DNA from: Oscillospiraceae bacterium
Lineage (GTDB): Bacteria; Bacillota; Clostridia; Oscillospirales; Acutalibacteraceae
DNA: 64,000 nucleotides
Assembly (NCBI GenBank): GCA_015065845.1
Contig: SVPQ01000007.1
Span: 3,805 to 67,804 of the forward strand
Reading direction: 5' to 3'
Shown here one piece after another: positions 44,916 to 54,861 of this stretch (position 1 is the stretch's first letter; every line of letters begins with the position of its first letter). The translations under genes were made by a program, and so were the position numbers. A model generated the notes under the pieces. It worked only from the letters and a program-made list of their open reading frames with translations. It was not told the DNA's origin and searched no databases.

Positions 44916-46169
44916 ATGTTAAATTATGATTTAGTTGTAGTTGGCGGTGGTCCTGCTGGTATGGCGGCTGCTCTTCAGGCTAAAGAAGAGGGCGTTGAGA
45001 AAATCGTCATTTTAGAAAGAGCAGAAACACTGGGTGGTATTCTTGAACAGTGTATTCACACAGGTTTCGGTCTTCATTATTTTGGTGAAGAACTTTCTGG
45101 TCCTGAGTATGCTGGCAGATTTATTGCAGAGGTAGAAAAAACAGACATTGATGTTTACACCGACACAATGGTTCTTGATGTTTCAAAAGATAATGTTGTT
45201 ACTGCAGTTAACAACAAAGATGGTTTAATTCAGATTAAAGCAATTGCAGTAGTTCTTGCTATGGGTTGTCGTGAAAGACCAAGAGGTGCACTCTCTATTG
45301 CAGGTTCTCGTCCGGCGGGAGTTATGACTGCAGGTACTGCACAGAAATATGTTAATATTGACGGATATATGCCGGGTAAAAAAGTTGTTATTTTAGGTTC
45401 TGGTGATATTGGTCTTATTATGGCAAGAAGAATGACTCTTGAAGGTGCAGAAGTTAAAGTTGTTTGTGAACTTATGCCTTATTCGGGTGGTCTTAAAAGA
45501 AATATTGTTCAGTGTCTTGACGACTTCGGTATTCCGTTAAGACTCAGTTGTACAGTTATTGCTACTCACGGTAAAGAGAGACTCGAAGGCGTTACAATTG
45601 CCAATGTTGACGAGAAGTTAAAACCAATTCCTGGTACAGAGCAATATATAGAGTGTGACACACTTCTTTTATCAGTTGGTCTTATTCCTGAAAACGAACT
45701 TTCAAATGGTGTTGGTATAGAACTCGACCGAGTTACAGGTGGTCCTGTTGTTGACGAATACAGAGAAACTTTACACAAGGGTATTTTCGCTTGTGGTAAT
45801 GTTCTTCAGGTTCACGATCTTGTTGACTATGTTACAGAAGAAAGTAAAATTGCAGGTAAAGGTGCCGCAAATTACATTTTCGGTAAAAAACAGGGTGGTA
45901 CATTTATTAATACAAAAGGCATAAATGGTGTGCGTTACATTGTTCCGCAAAGAGTTAATATTGAAAATAAAGAAGATGTTAAACTTTACTTCAGAGTGGG
46001 ACAAGTTTACAAAGGTGCAAAAGTTGTTGTTGAATGTGATGGTAATATTCTTTCTTCAAAGAAGAAAGTTATGTTAGCACCGGGTGAAATGGAAAATGTT
46101 AAAATTACACCTGAAATGCTTAAAAATATGAACGAAAACAGTGAAATCACTGTAAGAATAGAAGAATAA
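44916..46169 (+). CDS. Pyridine nucleotide-disulfide / FAD-dependent oxidoreductase
   Basis: VVVGGGPAGMAAA and VILGSGDIGLIMA Rossmann motifs. Middle gene of the conserved trio with the DUF1667 gene. Confidence 0.8.
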   Translation: MLNYDLVVVGGGPAGMAAALQAKEEGVEKIVILERAETLGGILEQCIHTGFGLHYFGEELSGPEYAGRFIAEVEKTDIDVYTDTMVLDVSKDNVVTAVNNKDGLIQIKAIAVVLAMGCRERPRGALSIAGSRPAGVMTAGTAQKYVNIDGYMPGKKVVILGSGDIGLIMARRMTLEGAEVKVVCELMPYSGGLKRNIVQCLDDFGIPLRLSCTVIATHGKERLEGVTIANVDEKLKPIPGTEQYIECDTLLLSVGLIPENELSNGVGIELDRVTGGPVVDEYRETLHKGIFACGNVLQVHDLVDYVTEESKIAGKGAANYIFGKKQGGTFINTKGINGVRYIVPQRVNIENKEDVKLYFRVGQVYKGAKVVVECDGNILSSKKKVMLAPGEMENVKITPEMLKNMNENSEITVRIEE

Positions 46170-46182
46170 GGGGGTACGAAAA

Positions 46183-46545
46183 ATGAAAAAGAATTTAATT
46201 TGTGTATCCTGTCCGTTAGGTTGCCCTATTGAAGTGGAAATTGAAAACGGAGAAATTCTTTCTGTTACAGGTAACACCTGCAAACGCGGTGACAAATACG
46301 CAAGAGATGAACTCACAAACCCTGTAAGAAGTCTTACAACAACAGTAAAACTCATTGGTGGTGCTTTACCTGTTGTACCTGTTAAATCTTCAAAACCTGT
46401 TCCTAAAGAAAAGATGTTCCAGTGTATGAAACTTATAAACGAAGCATCTATAGAAGCACCTGTTAAAATTGGTGATGTTGTTATTAAAGATATTTTAGGT
46501 TCAGGTGCAGATATTGTTGTTACAAATAACGATAACGGAAAATAA
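46183..46545 (+). CDS. DUF1667-domain protein
   Basis: CVSCPLGCPIEV...GNTCKRG is a Cys-rich N-terminus typical of the third gene of this oxidoreductase trio. Confidence 0.7.
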   Translation: MKKNLICVSCPLGCPIEVEIENGEILSVTGNTCKRGDKYARDELTNPVRSLTTTVKLIGGALPVVPVKSSKPVPKEKMFQCMKLINEASIEAPVKIGDVVIKDILGSGADIVVTNNDNGK

Positions 46546-46549
46546 TCAG

Positions 46550-46588
46550 ATTATTGCAAGGCAACAAAAGGTGTTGCCTTGCAATAAT
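46550..46588. terminator. Perfect 17-bp-stem hairpin after the oxidoreductase trio
   Basis: attattgcaaggcaaca-aaagg-tgttgccttgcaataat. An A-run follows rather than a T-run, so a terminator function is uncertain. Confidence 0.4.
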
Positions 46589-46609
46589 TAAAAAAAGGAA
46601 TTTACATAT

Positions 46610-48025
46610 ATGAAACCTTATGAAATAGCGGCGGAAATTAAACCGTCAGAGCGTCAGTTAGAGTGGCAGAAAACCGAATTTTACGGTTTTATAAATATTG
46701 GTCTTCCTACTGTTGTAAACAGAGAATGGACTGATGGAAATGTGAAAGCAGAAAACTTTGTGCCTGATAAATTCAATGCAGAAGAATGGGTAACATTCTT
46801 TAAAAATGCAGGCTTTAAGGGTATGGTGCTTAATGTAAAGCATCACGATGGTTTTTGTCTCTGGTATTCTTCTTTAACAGATTACACAGTTGAAAATTCT
46901 TTTAACTGGGAAACAGAAAACAGAGATATGGTAGCAATGCTTTCAGAAGAATGTGAAAGACAAGGTCTTAAATTCGGTATTGCAATTTCACCACTCGACA
47001 GACACGCAAGTTGTTACGGTAAAGGCGAAGAATATAACGAGTATTTCAAGAAACTTTTAAGAGAAGTTCTTACAAAATACGGTGATATTTTCTATGTTCG
47101 TTTTGACGGTGCAGCAGAAGAAAATAAAAATGGCTACACTCAGGAATATGATTGGGAAGGTTACTATGAAGTTGTAAGAGAATGTCAACCAAATGCAGTA
47201 ATTGCACTTGTTGGTCCTGATGTTCGTTGGTATGGTAACGAATGGGGTGTAATCCGTAAAAATGAGTGGAGTGTTGTGCCGAAATATTATAGCATTGAAG
47301 AAGCTATAAAACGAAGCAAAGAACCACCATCAAGAAAAAATCTTAAACGCGAGAAAAAGCACGATATGGATTTAGGTTCAAGAAAAGCAATTAAAAAAGA
47401 ATCTGAATTTATATGGTATCCTTGTGAAGTTTCTGTTTCAATGCGTGACAGATGGTATTATCATAAAGAAGATGAATATTCTGCAAAAACAAAAGACAAA
47501 TTACAAAAACTTTATTTGGAATCTGTTGGTGCTAACTGTGCTTTGATGCTCGGTGTTCCACCAATGAAAGACGGTAGCTTTGCAGAAATGGATTATCAGA
47601 TTTTAACGGCGTTTGGTAAAACACAAAAGCAGACTTATAATTATAAAGTTTCAAGTATTGCAGAAATAACTGCAAGTAGTTCACTTTCACCTGAATATGA
47701 TGTTAAAAATCTTGTTGATGCAGATGAAAATAAAACATGGAAGCCCGCAAAAGATGATGTAGAACCAGAGATTATTTTCACATTCAAAGAAAAAGATATG
47801 TTTGACAGAGTGCTTATGATGGAGCATATAAAAAACGGTCAGCATGTTGAAGAATATGAAATTTATCTTGATACCGGTGACGGTAAATTCAAACGAATTG
47901 AAAAAGGCGGAATTGTGGGTTACAAGAGGATACATAAAATAACCCCAACCGAAGTACAGAGATTAAAAATAAAAATCACCTCTTACAGAGGCGAGTTGGA
48001 GTTACAGGAAGTAACACTTTATTAA
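46610..48025 (+). CDS. GH29 alpha-L-fucosidase with a C-terminal F5/8-type-C-like domain, no signal peptide
   Basis: EWQKTEFYGFINIGL and VKHHDGFCLW are GH29 motifs. The C-terminal roughly 130 aa look like a beta-sandwich. Confidence 0.8.
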   Translation: MKPYEIAAEIKPSERQLEWQKTEFYGFINIGLPTVVNREWTDGNVKAENFVPDKFNAEEWVTFFKNAGFKGMVLNVKHHDGFCLWYSSLTDYTVENSFNWETENRDMVAMLSEECERQGLKFGIAISPLDRHASCYGKGEEYNEYFKKLLREVLTKYGDIFYVRFDGAAEENKNGYTQEYDWEGYYEVVRECQPNAVIALVGPDVRWYGNEWGVIRKNEWSVVPKYYSIEEAIKRSKEPPSRKNLKREKKHDMDLGSRKAIKKESEFIWYPCEVSVSMRDRWYYHKEDEYSAKTKDKLQKLYLESVGANCALMLGVPPMKDGSFAEMDYQILTAFGKTQKQTYNYKVSSIAEITASSSLSPEYDVKNLVDADENKTWKPAKDDVEPEIIFTFKEKDMFDRVLMMEHIKNGQHVEEYEIYLDTGDGKFKRIEKGGIVGYKRIHKITPTEVQRLKIKITSYRGELELQEVTLY

Positions 48026-48030
48026 TAATA

Positions 48031-48064
48031 AAAACGACAAGTTTTTACTTGTCGCTTTTTATTT
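48031..48064 (+). terminator. Intrinsic terminator after the fucosidase gene
   Basis: cgacaagt-tttt-acttgtcg followed by ctttttattt. Confidence 0.8.
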
Positions 48065-48066
48065 AT

Positions 48067-48102
48067 GATACAAACTGATACTAATTAGTATCAATTTGTA
48101 TC
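48067..48102. promoter_or_regulatory. 36-bp near-perfect palindrome built from TGATAC/GTATCA half-sites
   Basis: gatacaaactgatacta-at-tagtatcaatttgtatc (one arm mismatch). A fifth gtatca follows. Lies upstream of the 48127 promoter. Confidence 0.4.
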
Positions 48103-48126
48103 AGTTGATTATTGTTTCCAAAAACA

Positions 48127-48155
48127 ATTGCATTTTGCAAATATTTATTGTATAA
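48127..48155 (+). promoter_or_regulatory. Sigma-A-type promoter (TTGCAT-17-TATAAT)
   Basis: ttgcat at 48127-48132 and tataat at 48150-48155. Confidence 0.55.
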
Positions 48156-48205
48156 TGATTTTGATTGATTTAATATTTAGTAATTATAGGTAAGGAGTTG
48201 GTAAA

Positions 48206-48910
48206 ATGAAACGGACAATTAAAAAAATTGCAATTGTTTTCGTTGTAGTAGTGTTAATTGCTATGTCTTGTTTGCCTATGGTTGCTTTTGAGGTTAAGCG
48301 TTATTATGGTGACCTTGACAATGACGGTAAAGTCACTGTGACAGACGCAAGAAATATTTTGTGTGAGGCTATTGGTATTTATGACAGTACTTTAGGTGAG
48401 CACGATTTTGCGGCGGTAGATATAGACAAAGATGGTGTTCTCACCACAAAAGATGCACGACTTGCTTTAAGGATTGCGGCACAATTAGAAGCACGGGAAT
48501 TTATGCCGACTTATGAATTCAATAAACACGAAGAAGAAATTTTAGGTTTCATTAACGAATACCGAAATAAACAGAGCGAGGGCGAATTGACTGCATTAAC
48601 TCTTTCAACTGAACTTTCTGCTGTGGCAGACCAGGCGGCAATGGAATTTGCTTTGCAGACGGGTACTGCATTAAGACGCGGTAACAAAACATATTACAAT
48701 ACATTACTTGATGAAAAGGGGATTTCTTACACCTTTGCAGATAAAGTAATGTGTGTTTCAACAACAAGTTATGCTCAGTGTTACGATAAAATGATGAGCG
48801 AAGCACAAAGCAGAAAAGCATTTTTAAGCGAGAATTTCACCGAGATAGGTGTTGGTGCTTTCTCAAGAGATGGCAGAACAGTTTACTGGTGTATTATTTT
48901 TACAGATTGA
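48206..48910 (+). CDS. Secreted dockerin-containing CAP/SCP-domain protein
   Basis: Signal peptide. Two dockerin Ca-binding segments, DLDNDGKVTVTDAR and DIDKDGVLTTKDAR. The C-terminal part is SCP/CAP-like (GFINEYRN...IGVGA...YWCIIF). Confidence 0.75.
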   Translation: MKRTIKKIAIVFVVVVLIAMSCLPMVAFEVKRYYGDLDNDGKVTVTDARNILCEAIGIYDSTLGEHDFAAVDIDKDGVLTTKDARLALRIAAQLEAREFMPTYEFNKHEEEILGFINEYRNKQSEGELTALTLSTELSAVADQAAMEFALQTGTALRRGNKTYYNTLLDEKGISYTFADKVMCVSTTSYAQCYDKMMSEAQSRKAFLSENFTEIGVGAFSRDGRTVYWCIIFTD

Positions 48911-48945
48911 TTTAAATAGTTGTTTGCTCGAAAGGAGATATTAAA

Positions 48946-50226
48946 ATGAGCGATTATAAAATAGAAACAAAATGTGTGCAGGGTGGTTACACACCAGGTA
49001 ATGGTGAACCAAGACAAATCCCTATTATACAGAGTACAACATTCAAATATGATACAAGTGAAGATATGGGTAAACTTTTTGACCTTGAAGCAACAGGTTA
49101 TTTTTACTCAAGACTTCAGAATCCTACCTGTGATTTAGTTGCAGCAAAAATTGCAGAACTTGAAGGCGGTAGTGCTGCTATGCTTACAGGTTCTGGTCAG
49201 GCGGCATCTTTCTATTCTGTATTCAATTTAGCATCAAATGGTGACCACGTTGTAAGTTCATCTGCTATTTATGGTGGTACATACAACCTATTTGCAGTTA
49301 CTATGAAAAGAATGGGTATTGATTTTACATTCGTTTCACCTGACTGCACAGAAGAAGAGTTGAACGCTGCATTCAAACCAAATACAAAAGCAGTTTTCGG
49401 CGAAACAATTGCAAACCCTGCTTTAGCAGTTCTTGACATTGAAAAATTCGCAAAAGCAGCACACGCACATGGTGTTCCGCTTATTATAGATAATACATTT
49501 GCAACACCTGTAAACTGCCGTCCTATTGAATGGGGTGCAGATATCGTTACACATTCAACTACAAAATACATTGACGGTCACGGTGCATCTGTTGGTGGTT
49601 GTATTGTTGATTCAGGTAAATTTGACTGGATGGCACATGCGGATAAATTCCCAGGTCTTTGCACACCAGATGACAGTTACCACGGTGTAACTTATGCTGA
49701 AAGATTCGGCAAAGAGGGTGCATTTATTACAAAAGCAACTGCACAACTTATGAGAGATTTAGGTTCAGTTCAGTCTCCACAAAGTGCATTTTATATTAAT
49801 TTAGGACTTGAAAGCCTTCATGTTCGTATTAAAAGACATTGTGAAAATGCCCTTGCAGTAGCAAAATTCTTAAAAGAAAGCGATAAAATTGAATGGGTTA
49901 CTTATGCAGGTCTTGAAGGCGACAAGTATTATGATTTAGCACAGAAATATCTTCCTGACGGTACTTGCGGTGTTGTAAGTTTCGGTGTTAAAGGCGGAAG
50001 AAAAGCTGCGGAAGAATTTATGAAAAAACTTAAGATGATAGCTATTGAAACTCATGTTGCAGACGCAAGAAGTTGTTGCTTACACCCTGCAAGTGCAACA
50101 CACCGTCAGATGAATGACGATGAACTTCGTGCAGCAGGTGTTTCACCGGATTTAGTTCGTCTTTCTTGCGGACTTGAAAATTCTATTGATTTGATTAACG
50201 ACATTAAACAAGCGCTTGGGGAATAA
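48946..50226 (+). CDS. metY: O-acetylhomoserine sulfhydrylase (PLP-dependent, Cys/Met metabolism family)
   Basis: HSTTKYIDGHG contains the PLP lysine. Family-typical N-terminus ETKCVQGGY. Confidence 0.85.
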   Translation: MSDYKIETKCVQGGYTPGNGEPRQIPIIQSTTFKYDTSEDMGKLFDLEATGYFYSRLQNPTCDLVAAKIAELEGGSAAMLTGSGQAASFYSVFNLASNGDHVVSSSAIYGGTYNLFAVTMKRMGIDFTFVSPDCTEEELNAAFKPNTKAVFGETIANPALAVLDIEKFAKAAHAHGVPLIIDNTFATPVNCRPIEWGADIVTHSTTKYIDGHGASVGGCIVDSGKFDWMAHADKFPGLCTPDDSYHGVTYAERFGKEGAFITKATAQLMRDLGSVQSPQSAFYINLGLESLHVRIKRHCENALAVAKFLKESDKIEWVTYAGLEGDKYYDLAQKYLPDGTCGVVSFGVKGGRKAAEEFMKKLKMIAIETHVADARSCCLHPASATHRQMNDDELRAAGVSPDLVRLSCGLENSIDLINDIKQALGE

Positions 50227-50227
50227 T

Positions 50228-50276
50228 AAATGCAGAATGCAAAATGCAAAATGCAAAATTAAGGGGCTACGCCGTT
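50228..50276. repeat. AATGCARA octamer tandem repeat plus GC-rich tail (intergenic element, copy 2)
   Basis: aaatgcagaatgcaaaatgcaaaatgcaaaat followed by taaggggctacgccgtt. Same orientation and layout as 21037-21099. Confidence 0.7.
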
Positions 50277-50305
50277 ATTATAATAAATGAAAGGGGCAAG
50301 AAAGT

Positions 50306-51223
50306 TTGCCTATTAAAATTCCAAATGGACTTCCTGCTGTTGATATTTTAGCGGATGAAAATATATTTGTTATGACGGATACAAGAGCGATTACGCAAGA
50401 TATTCGTCCACTTAAAATTTTACTCCTCAATTTAATGCCTAAAAAAATTGAAACAGAAACACAACTTTCAAGACTTTTAGGTAATTCACCTTTACAGGTT
50501 GAATTTGAATTGATTCACACAAAATCACATATTTCAAAAAATACTTCTCAGGAACATTTACTTGCTTTTTACAAGACTTTTGACGATATTAAACATCAGA
50601 AATTTGATGGTCTTATAATTACAGGTGCACCTGTGGAAAAAATGCCTTTTGAAGAAGTCGAATACTGGGAAGAACTCTGTGAAATAATGGAGTGGAGTAA
50701 AAAACATGTTACCAGCACATTTCACATTTGTTGGGGTGCTCAGGCTGGTCTTTACTACCACTATGGTATAAATAAAATTCCGTTAGATAAAAAACTTTCT
50801 GGTGTTTATAAACATACTGCCGATTATAAAAAGTCAATTCTTTTAAGAGGTTTTGATGATGAATTCTGGGTGCCTCATTCAAGAAATACTACTGTTAAAA
50901 GAGAAGATATTGAAAAAGTACCTGAACTTAAAATTTTAGCTTCTTCCCACGATGCAGGTGTTTATATTGTAACAACTGATAATGGTAAACAGATTTTTGT
51001 GACAGGTCACTCTGAATATGATGCAGATACTCTTAAAAATGAGTATATAAGAGATTTGAATGCGGGTATTGATCCTGATATTCCGGAGAATTATTTCCCG
51101 CAGGATAACCCTGATAATGAGCCTGTGGCAAATTGGCGTTCACACGCAACTCTTCTTTACAATAACTGGCTTAATTACTTTGTTTATCAGACAACACCTT
51201 ATGATATTGAAGAAATTGAATGA
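50306..51223 (+). CDS. metA: Homoserine O-acyltransferase (MetA family)
   Basis: TTG start. [15 protein letters not shown]...ILNLMP...HICWGAQA is typical of MetA. Confidence 0.85.
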   Translation: MPIKIPNGLPAVDILADENIFVMTDTRAITQDIRPLKILLLNLMPKKIETETQLSRLLGNSPLQVEFELIHTKSHISKNTSQEHLLAFYKTFDDIKHQKFDGLIITGAPVEKMPFEEVEYWEELCEIMEWSKKHVTSTFHICWGAQAGLYYHYGINKIPLDKKLSGVYKHTADYKKSILLRGFDDEFWVPHSRNTTVKREDIEKVPELKILASSHDAGVYIVTTDNGKQIFVTGHSEYDADTLKNEYIRDLNAGIDPDIPENYFPQDNPDNEPVANWRSHATLLYNNWLNYFVYQTTPYDIEEIE

Positions 51224-51242
51224 AAAGCAAGGATGTATTTAA

Positions 51243-52991
51243 ATGGATATTTTTAATGTATTAACGCTTATAGGCGGACTTTGTCTTTTCCTTTTTGGTA
51301 TGAATGTTATGGGCAGTGCCTTAGAGCGAAGTGCTGGTAGTAAATTAGAATCTATGATTGGTAAGCTGACATCCGGTAAATTTGCAGGCTTGCTTACAGG
51401 ACTTGGTGTTACTGCGGTAATACAGAGCTCATCAGCCACGACAGTTATGGTTGTTGGTTTTGTTAACTCAAGTCTTATGACCTTAAAACAGGCAATTCAT
51501 GTTATTATGGGTGCAAATATTGGTACCACCGTTACAGCGTGGATTCTGAGTCTGAGTGGTATATCGGGGGACAGTGTTTTCATTAAATTACTCAAGCCGT
51601 CATCATTCACCCCGATTCTTGCATTGATAGGTATTGTGCTCTTTATGTTTATAAAGAGTAACAAGAAAAAGGATATTGGCGTGGTGCTTCTCGGATTTGC
51701 TACTCTGATGTTCGGTATGGAAACTATGACCGACGCAGTTTCGGGGCTCAGAGATATTCCTGCATTTCAGGATTTGTTTGTTATGTTTAAAAATCCGATT
51801 CTCGGTGTACTTGCAGGTGCTGTTCTTACCGCTATTATTCAATCAAGTTCAGCGTCTGTTGGTATTCTTCAGGCTTTAGCGGCGACAGGTGCAGTTTCAT
51901 ATGGTGCAGCTATTCCGATTATTATGGGACAGAATATCGGTACTTGTGTTACGGCAATGATTTCTTCAGTAGGAACAACGAAGAACGCCAAAAGAGCGGC
52001 ACTTGTGCATTTGTCATTTAATATTATAGGAACAGTTGTATGTTTAGTGGCTTTTTCTTTTGCAGATGCAATATTGGCTCCGGCACTATTAAATGAAGCT
52101 GCTACATTTGCCGGAATTGCAACAGCACACTCAGTTTTCAATATTGCGTGTACATTGATTCTTTTACCAATGTCAGGTTTACTTGAGAAACTCGCATATA
52201 AGCTTGTTCCAGATGCAAAAATGCCAGAGAAAGTGTCTGAACTTGATGACAGACTTCTTGCAACACCTGCTATTGCTTTGGAATGTGCGCATAACCTTAC
52301 TTTTGATATGGCTAAAATAGCAACCGAAGCACTCAGAAATAGTATTGAGTGTCTTGGAGCTTATGATAAAAACAAGGCACAGGCTGTTCGTGATGCCGAA
52401 GATAAGACAGACCACTTTGAAGATATTATTGGTAGTTACCTTGTTAAGATTAGTTCAAAACAACTTAATGAAATTGAAGGTGCAACTGCTTCTATGCTCT
52501 TAAAAGCAATCGGAGATTTTGAAAGAATATCTGACCACGCGGTGAATATTCTTGAATCTGCTGAAGAAATGCGTGAAAAGGGTATTGCTTTTTCAGACAG
52601 TGCAAAAATAGAAATGGAGTCACTTGCAGAGGCAACTCTTGAAATTGTGGCGTTGTCATATAACGCGTTTATTGAAAAGAATGCCGAGCAGGCAAATCTT
52701 GTAGAACCACTTGAACAGGTTATAGACAGAATGAAAGAACTTCTTCGTACAAGACATATTGACCGTTTGCGTCTGGGCGATTGCGGTATTGAGGCTGGCT
52801 TTGTGTGGAGCGACCTTATAACCAATATGGAAAGAGTTTCTGACCATTGTTCTAATATTGCAGGATGTGTTATGGACACTAAGGAGCAAAATATGAATCT
52901 TCATGAATCACTTAAATTAGTGAGAAGTGACAGTGTGTTTTACAGAGAAAAATATGCTGAATACACGAAAAAATATATTTCTTTTGTATAA
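51243..52991 (+). CDS. Na+/phosphate cotransporter family protein with a C-terminal PhoU-like domain
   Basis: Duplicated QSSSA(T/S) motifs in the membrane domain. The C-terminal helical repeats with ERISDH and ERVSDH are PhoU-like. Confidence 0.8.
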   Translation: MDIFNVLTLIGGLCLFLFGMNVMGSALERSAGSKLESMIGKLTSGKFAGLLTGLGVTAVIQSSSATTVMVVGFVNSSLMTLKQAIHVIMGANIGTTVTAWILSLSGISGDSVFIKLLKPSSFTPILALIGIVLFMFIKSNKKKDIGVVLLGFATLMFGMETMTDAVSGLRDIPAFQDLFVMFKNPILGVLAGAVLTAIIQSSSASVGILQALAATGAVSYGAAIPIIMGQNIGTCVTAMISSVGTTKNAKRAALVHLSFNIIGTVVCLVAFSFADAILAPALLNEAATFAGIATAHSVFNIACTLILLPMSGLLEKLAYKLVPDAKMPEKVSELDDRLLATPAIALECAHNLTFDMAKIATEALRNSIECLGAYDKNKAQAVRDAEDKTDHFEDIIGSYLVKISSKQLNEIEGATASMLLKAIGDFERISDHAVNILESAEEMREKGIAFSDSAKIEMESLAEATLEIVALSYNAFIEKNAEQANLVEPLEQVIDRMKELLRTRHIDRLRLGDCGIEAGFVWSDLITNMERVSDHCSNIAGCVMDTKEQNMNLHESLKLVRSDSVFYREKYAEYTKKYISFV

Positions 52992-52992
52992 A

Positions 52993-53053
52993 AATAAAAA
53001 ACCTATCATTTATAGTTGATACTAAACCAACTTGAATGATAGGATTTTTATTT
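52993..53053. terminator. Bidirectional hairpin between convergent genes
   Basis: aacctatcatt...aatgataggatt, with an A-run before and a T-run after. The loop is large. Confidence 0.5.
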
Positions 53054-53060
53054 GACTAAT

Positions 53061-54497
53061 TCAGGAATTTACAGCGTAATCTTTTTTGAACCCATGTGCA
53101 CCGAAGATTTGCCACTGACCTACTCCGAGTCGTTGCATAATCGCTTTTCTTTCTTCTGCACAAAGTGCTGGGTTTGTATCAACCGAAGTCATTAAAATCG
53201 GTGCATATTGATTGTACTCAGCTTGTTCATGTGTCAATCCGTGTGTATTTATAAAAATATCACCGGTAAATGCGATGTGGTGAGTGTAATCAATCAATAC
53301 GATTTCACCCGGTAAATGTCCGCCTTTGCCTTCATATACCTCAAAATGTAATTCTTCAAAATCGAAAAATCCGATTTGTGTTAAAGGTTCATTCAGATTT
53401 TCAATATTGTTCCATAATGTAACGATTTTTTCAGGGCTTACAGCTTTGTAAGATGTAAGTATTTTGCAAATATTTATATATGGCTTGTGTAACGGATTTT
53501 TTTCACGGTATCCATCGTTTCCAAGGAATTCATTTTTTAAACATTGTGCTGTTCTGTGACTTGCAATGATTTCGTCAAACATCGGTAATAAACCGCAATG
53601 GTCAACATCTGCGTGTGTAACCAGAATAGTTTTTGTGATATTTTCAAAATCAGGAATGTTTCTTTTTAAAAGCTTCTGCATTTCCTCACTGTAACAAGCG
53701 TAACCGCTGTCTATAAACAATATTTTATTATTACTCTTAACAATTATTGTGTTGCTACCACAAGGTGGCTCTATTAAAGTGATTTCTGTGTTGTCGGTTA
53801 TTTTGTGTATACTTATTCTGGGAATGAAAGCCTTGCCTTTTGAAATGCCTAAAAGCTCGGCAAATTTGCTTATACTATCAAAAGTTCTATAAGGTGACAG
53901 TCCTTGCTCGTCAAGAGTCTGCATTGCTAAATTGACATGAACCAATAATTCATTTTTCACATCTTCAGAAAGTCCCATAGTTTGAGAAAGTCCTGAAACA
54001 TAAGTGTTATAGAAAATGCTGTTGTCGTAAACTTTCTCGGAACTGTTGTAATCTATAACGCGGACTTTACAAAGCTTTTCTGCTTCTCTGAGAAACTCTG
54101 ATATTTTATTGGAATCGTCAACATATAGTCCCATTTTAAATTGTTGGTATTCTGTACCATTTTCCTGAGAACTTATATAAGAAATATTGAAATTAAAGTT
54201 ATTTATAAGCGTTAAAATGTTTGTAACACTACCAGGTATATCTTTTAAACAAAATTCAATTAAAACAACACTGGTTTTATCGGAGTTGCTTTGTAAATAT
54301 CCGATTTTTTCCAGTTCAATATCAGCTTTGCTCAGCTGTTCTTCTGTTCCTTCTGCATCAATGAATAAAGTGTGAGAGTCAACTGCTTTATTGTAACTTA
54401 CACGGGTAATGTTTATTCCTAGAGCAGAAAAACACTGACTTGCTTTTAAAAAAGCACCTATATGGTTTGGCATTGATGTTACATATGTTTTTTTCAT
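53061..54497 (-). CDS. ACT-domain(s) fused to an MBL-fold metallo-hydrolase
   Basis: The N-terminal part is ACT-like (two repeats, VTSMPNHIGAFLKA and LKDIPGSVTNIL). The C-terminal VTHADVDHCG is the HxHxDH motif. Confidence 0.7.
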   Translation of the reverse strand: MKKTYVTSMPNHIGAFLKASQCFSALGINITRVSYNKAVDSHTLFIDAEGTEEQLSKADIELEKIGYLQSNSDKTSVVLIEFCLKDIPGSVTNILTLINNFNFNISYISSQENGTEYQQFKMGLYVDDSNKISEFLREAEKLCKVRVIDYNSSEKVYDNSIFYNTYVSGLSQTMGLSEDVKNELLVHVNLAMQTLDEQGLSPYRTFDSISKFAELLGISKGKAFIPRISIHKITDNTEITLIEPPCGSNTIIVKSNNKILFIDSGYACYSEEMQKLLKRNIPDFENITKTILVTHADVDHCGLLPMFDEIIASHRTAQCLKNEFLGNDGYREKNPLHKPYINICKILTSYKAVSPEKIVTLWNNIENLNEPLTQIGFFDFEELHFEVYEGKGGHLPGEIVLIDYTHHIAFTGDIFINTHGLTHEQAEYNQYAPILMTSVDTNPALCAEERKAIMQRLGVGQWQIFGAHGFKKDYAVNS

Positions 54498-54652
54498 TAT
54501 TTAATCACCTTGGTGTTTAGTATCTGAATTTATTGTAGAAAAAATGATAGCACAATTTATTGGATACTGCAAGAGTGTAATTATATATGGGGTGGATTAA
54601 AGTGAAGTTGTGTTTTCAGAGAATAAAGAATGGATAATAATACAAAATGAAT

Positions 54653-54841
54653 TTATTCTTCAAATACGCTTTTCCCTTTTGTTCCATCAGCATTGATGTA
54701 ATAACCATCAACAATTTCTTTAAAACTACCACCGAAAAACCAACCTTTAGATTCAATAAATTCAATGAATTGTTTTTCAAATTCATCGAGTGTCAGTTCT
54801 GGTTGGAGTTCTATGCAACCAGTTATTTTTATTTCTTTCAT
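54653..54841 (-). CDS. Small hypothetical protein (62 aa)
   Basis: Protein-like balanced composition (MKEIKITGCIELQPELTLDEFEKQFIEFIESKGWFFGG...). The overlapping plus-strand ORF is Phe/Asn-rich and implausible. The RBS is weak. Confidence 0.5.
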   Translation of the reverse strand: MKEIKITGCIELQPELTLDEFEKQFIEFIESKGWFFGGSFKEIVDGYYINADGTKGKSVFEE

Positions 54842-54861
54842 ATATTACACAAACTTTCTTA

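Noticed and set aside
48911-50305. SAM (S-box) riboswitch or T-box leaders upstream of metY and metA
   Set aside because: The metY upstream gap is only about 35 nt, and the metA gap is filled by the octamer repeat. Neither shows the conserved S-box or T-box helices.
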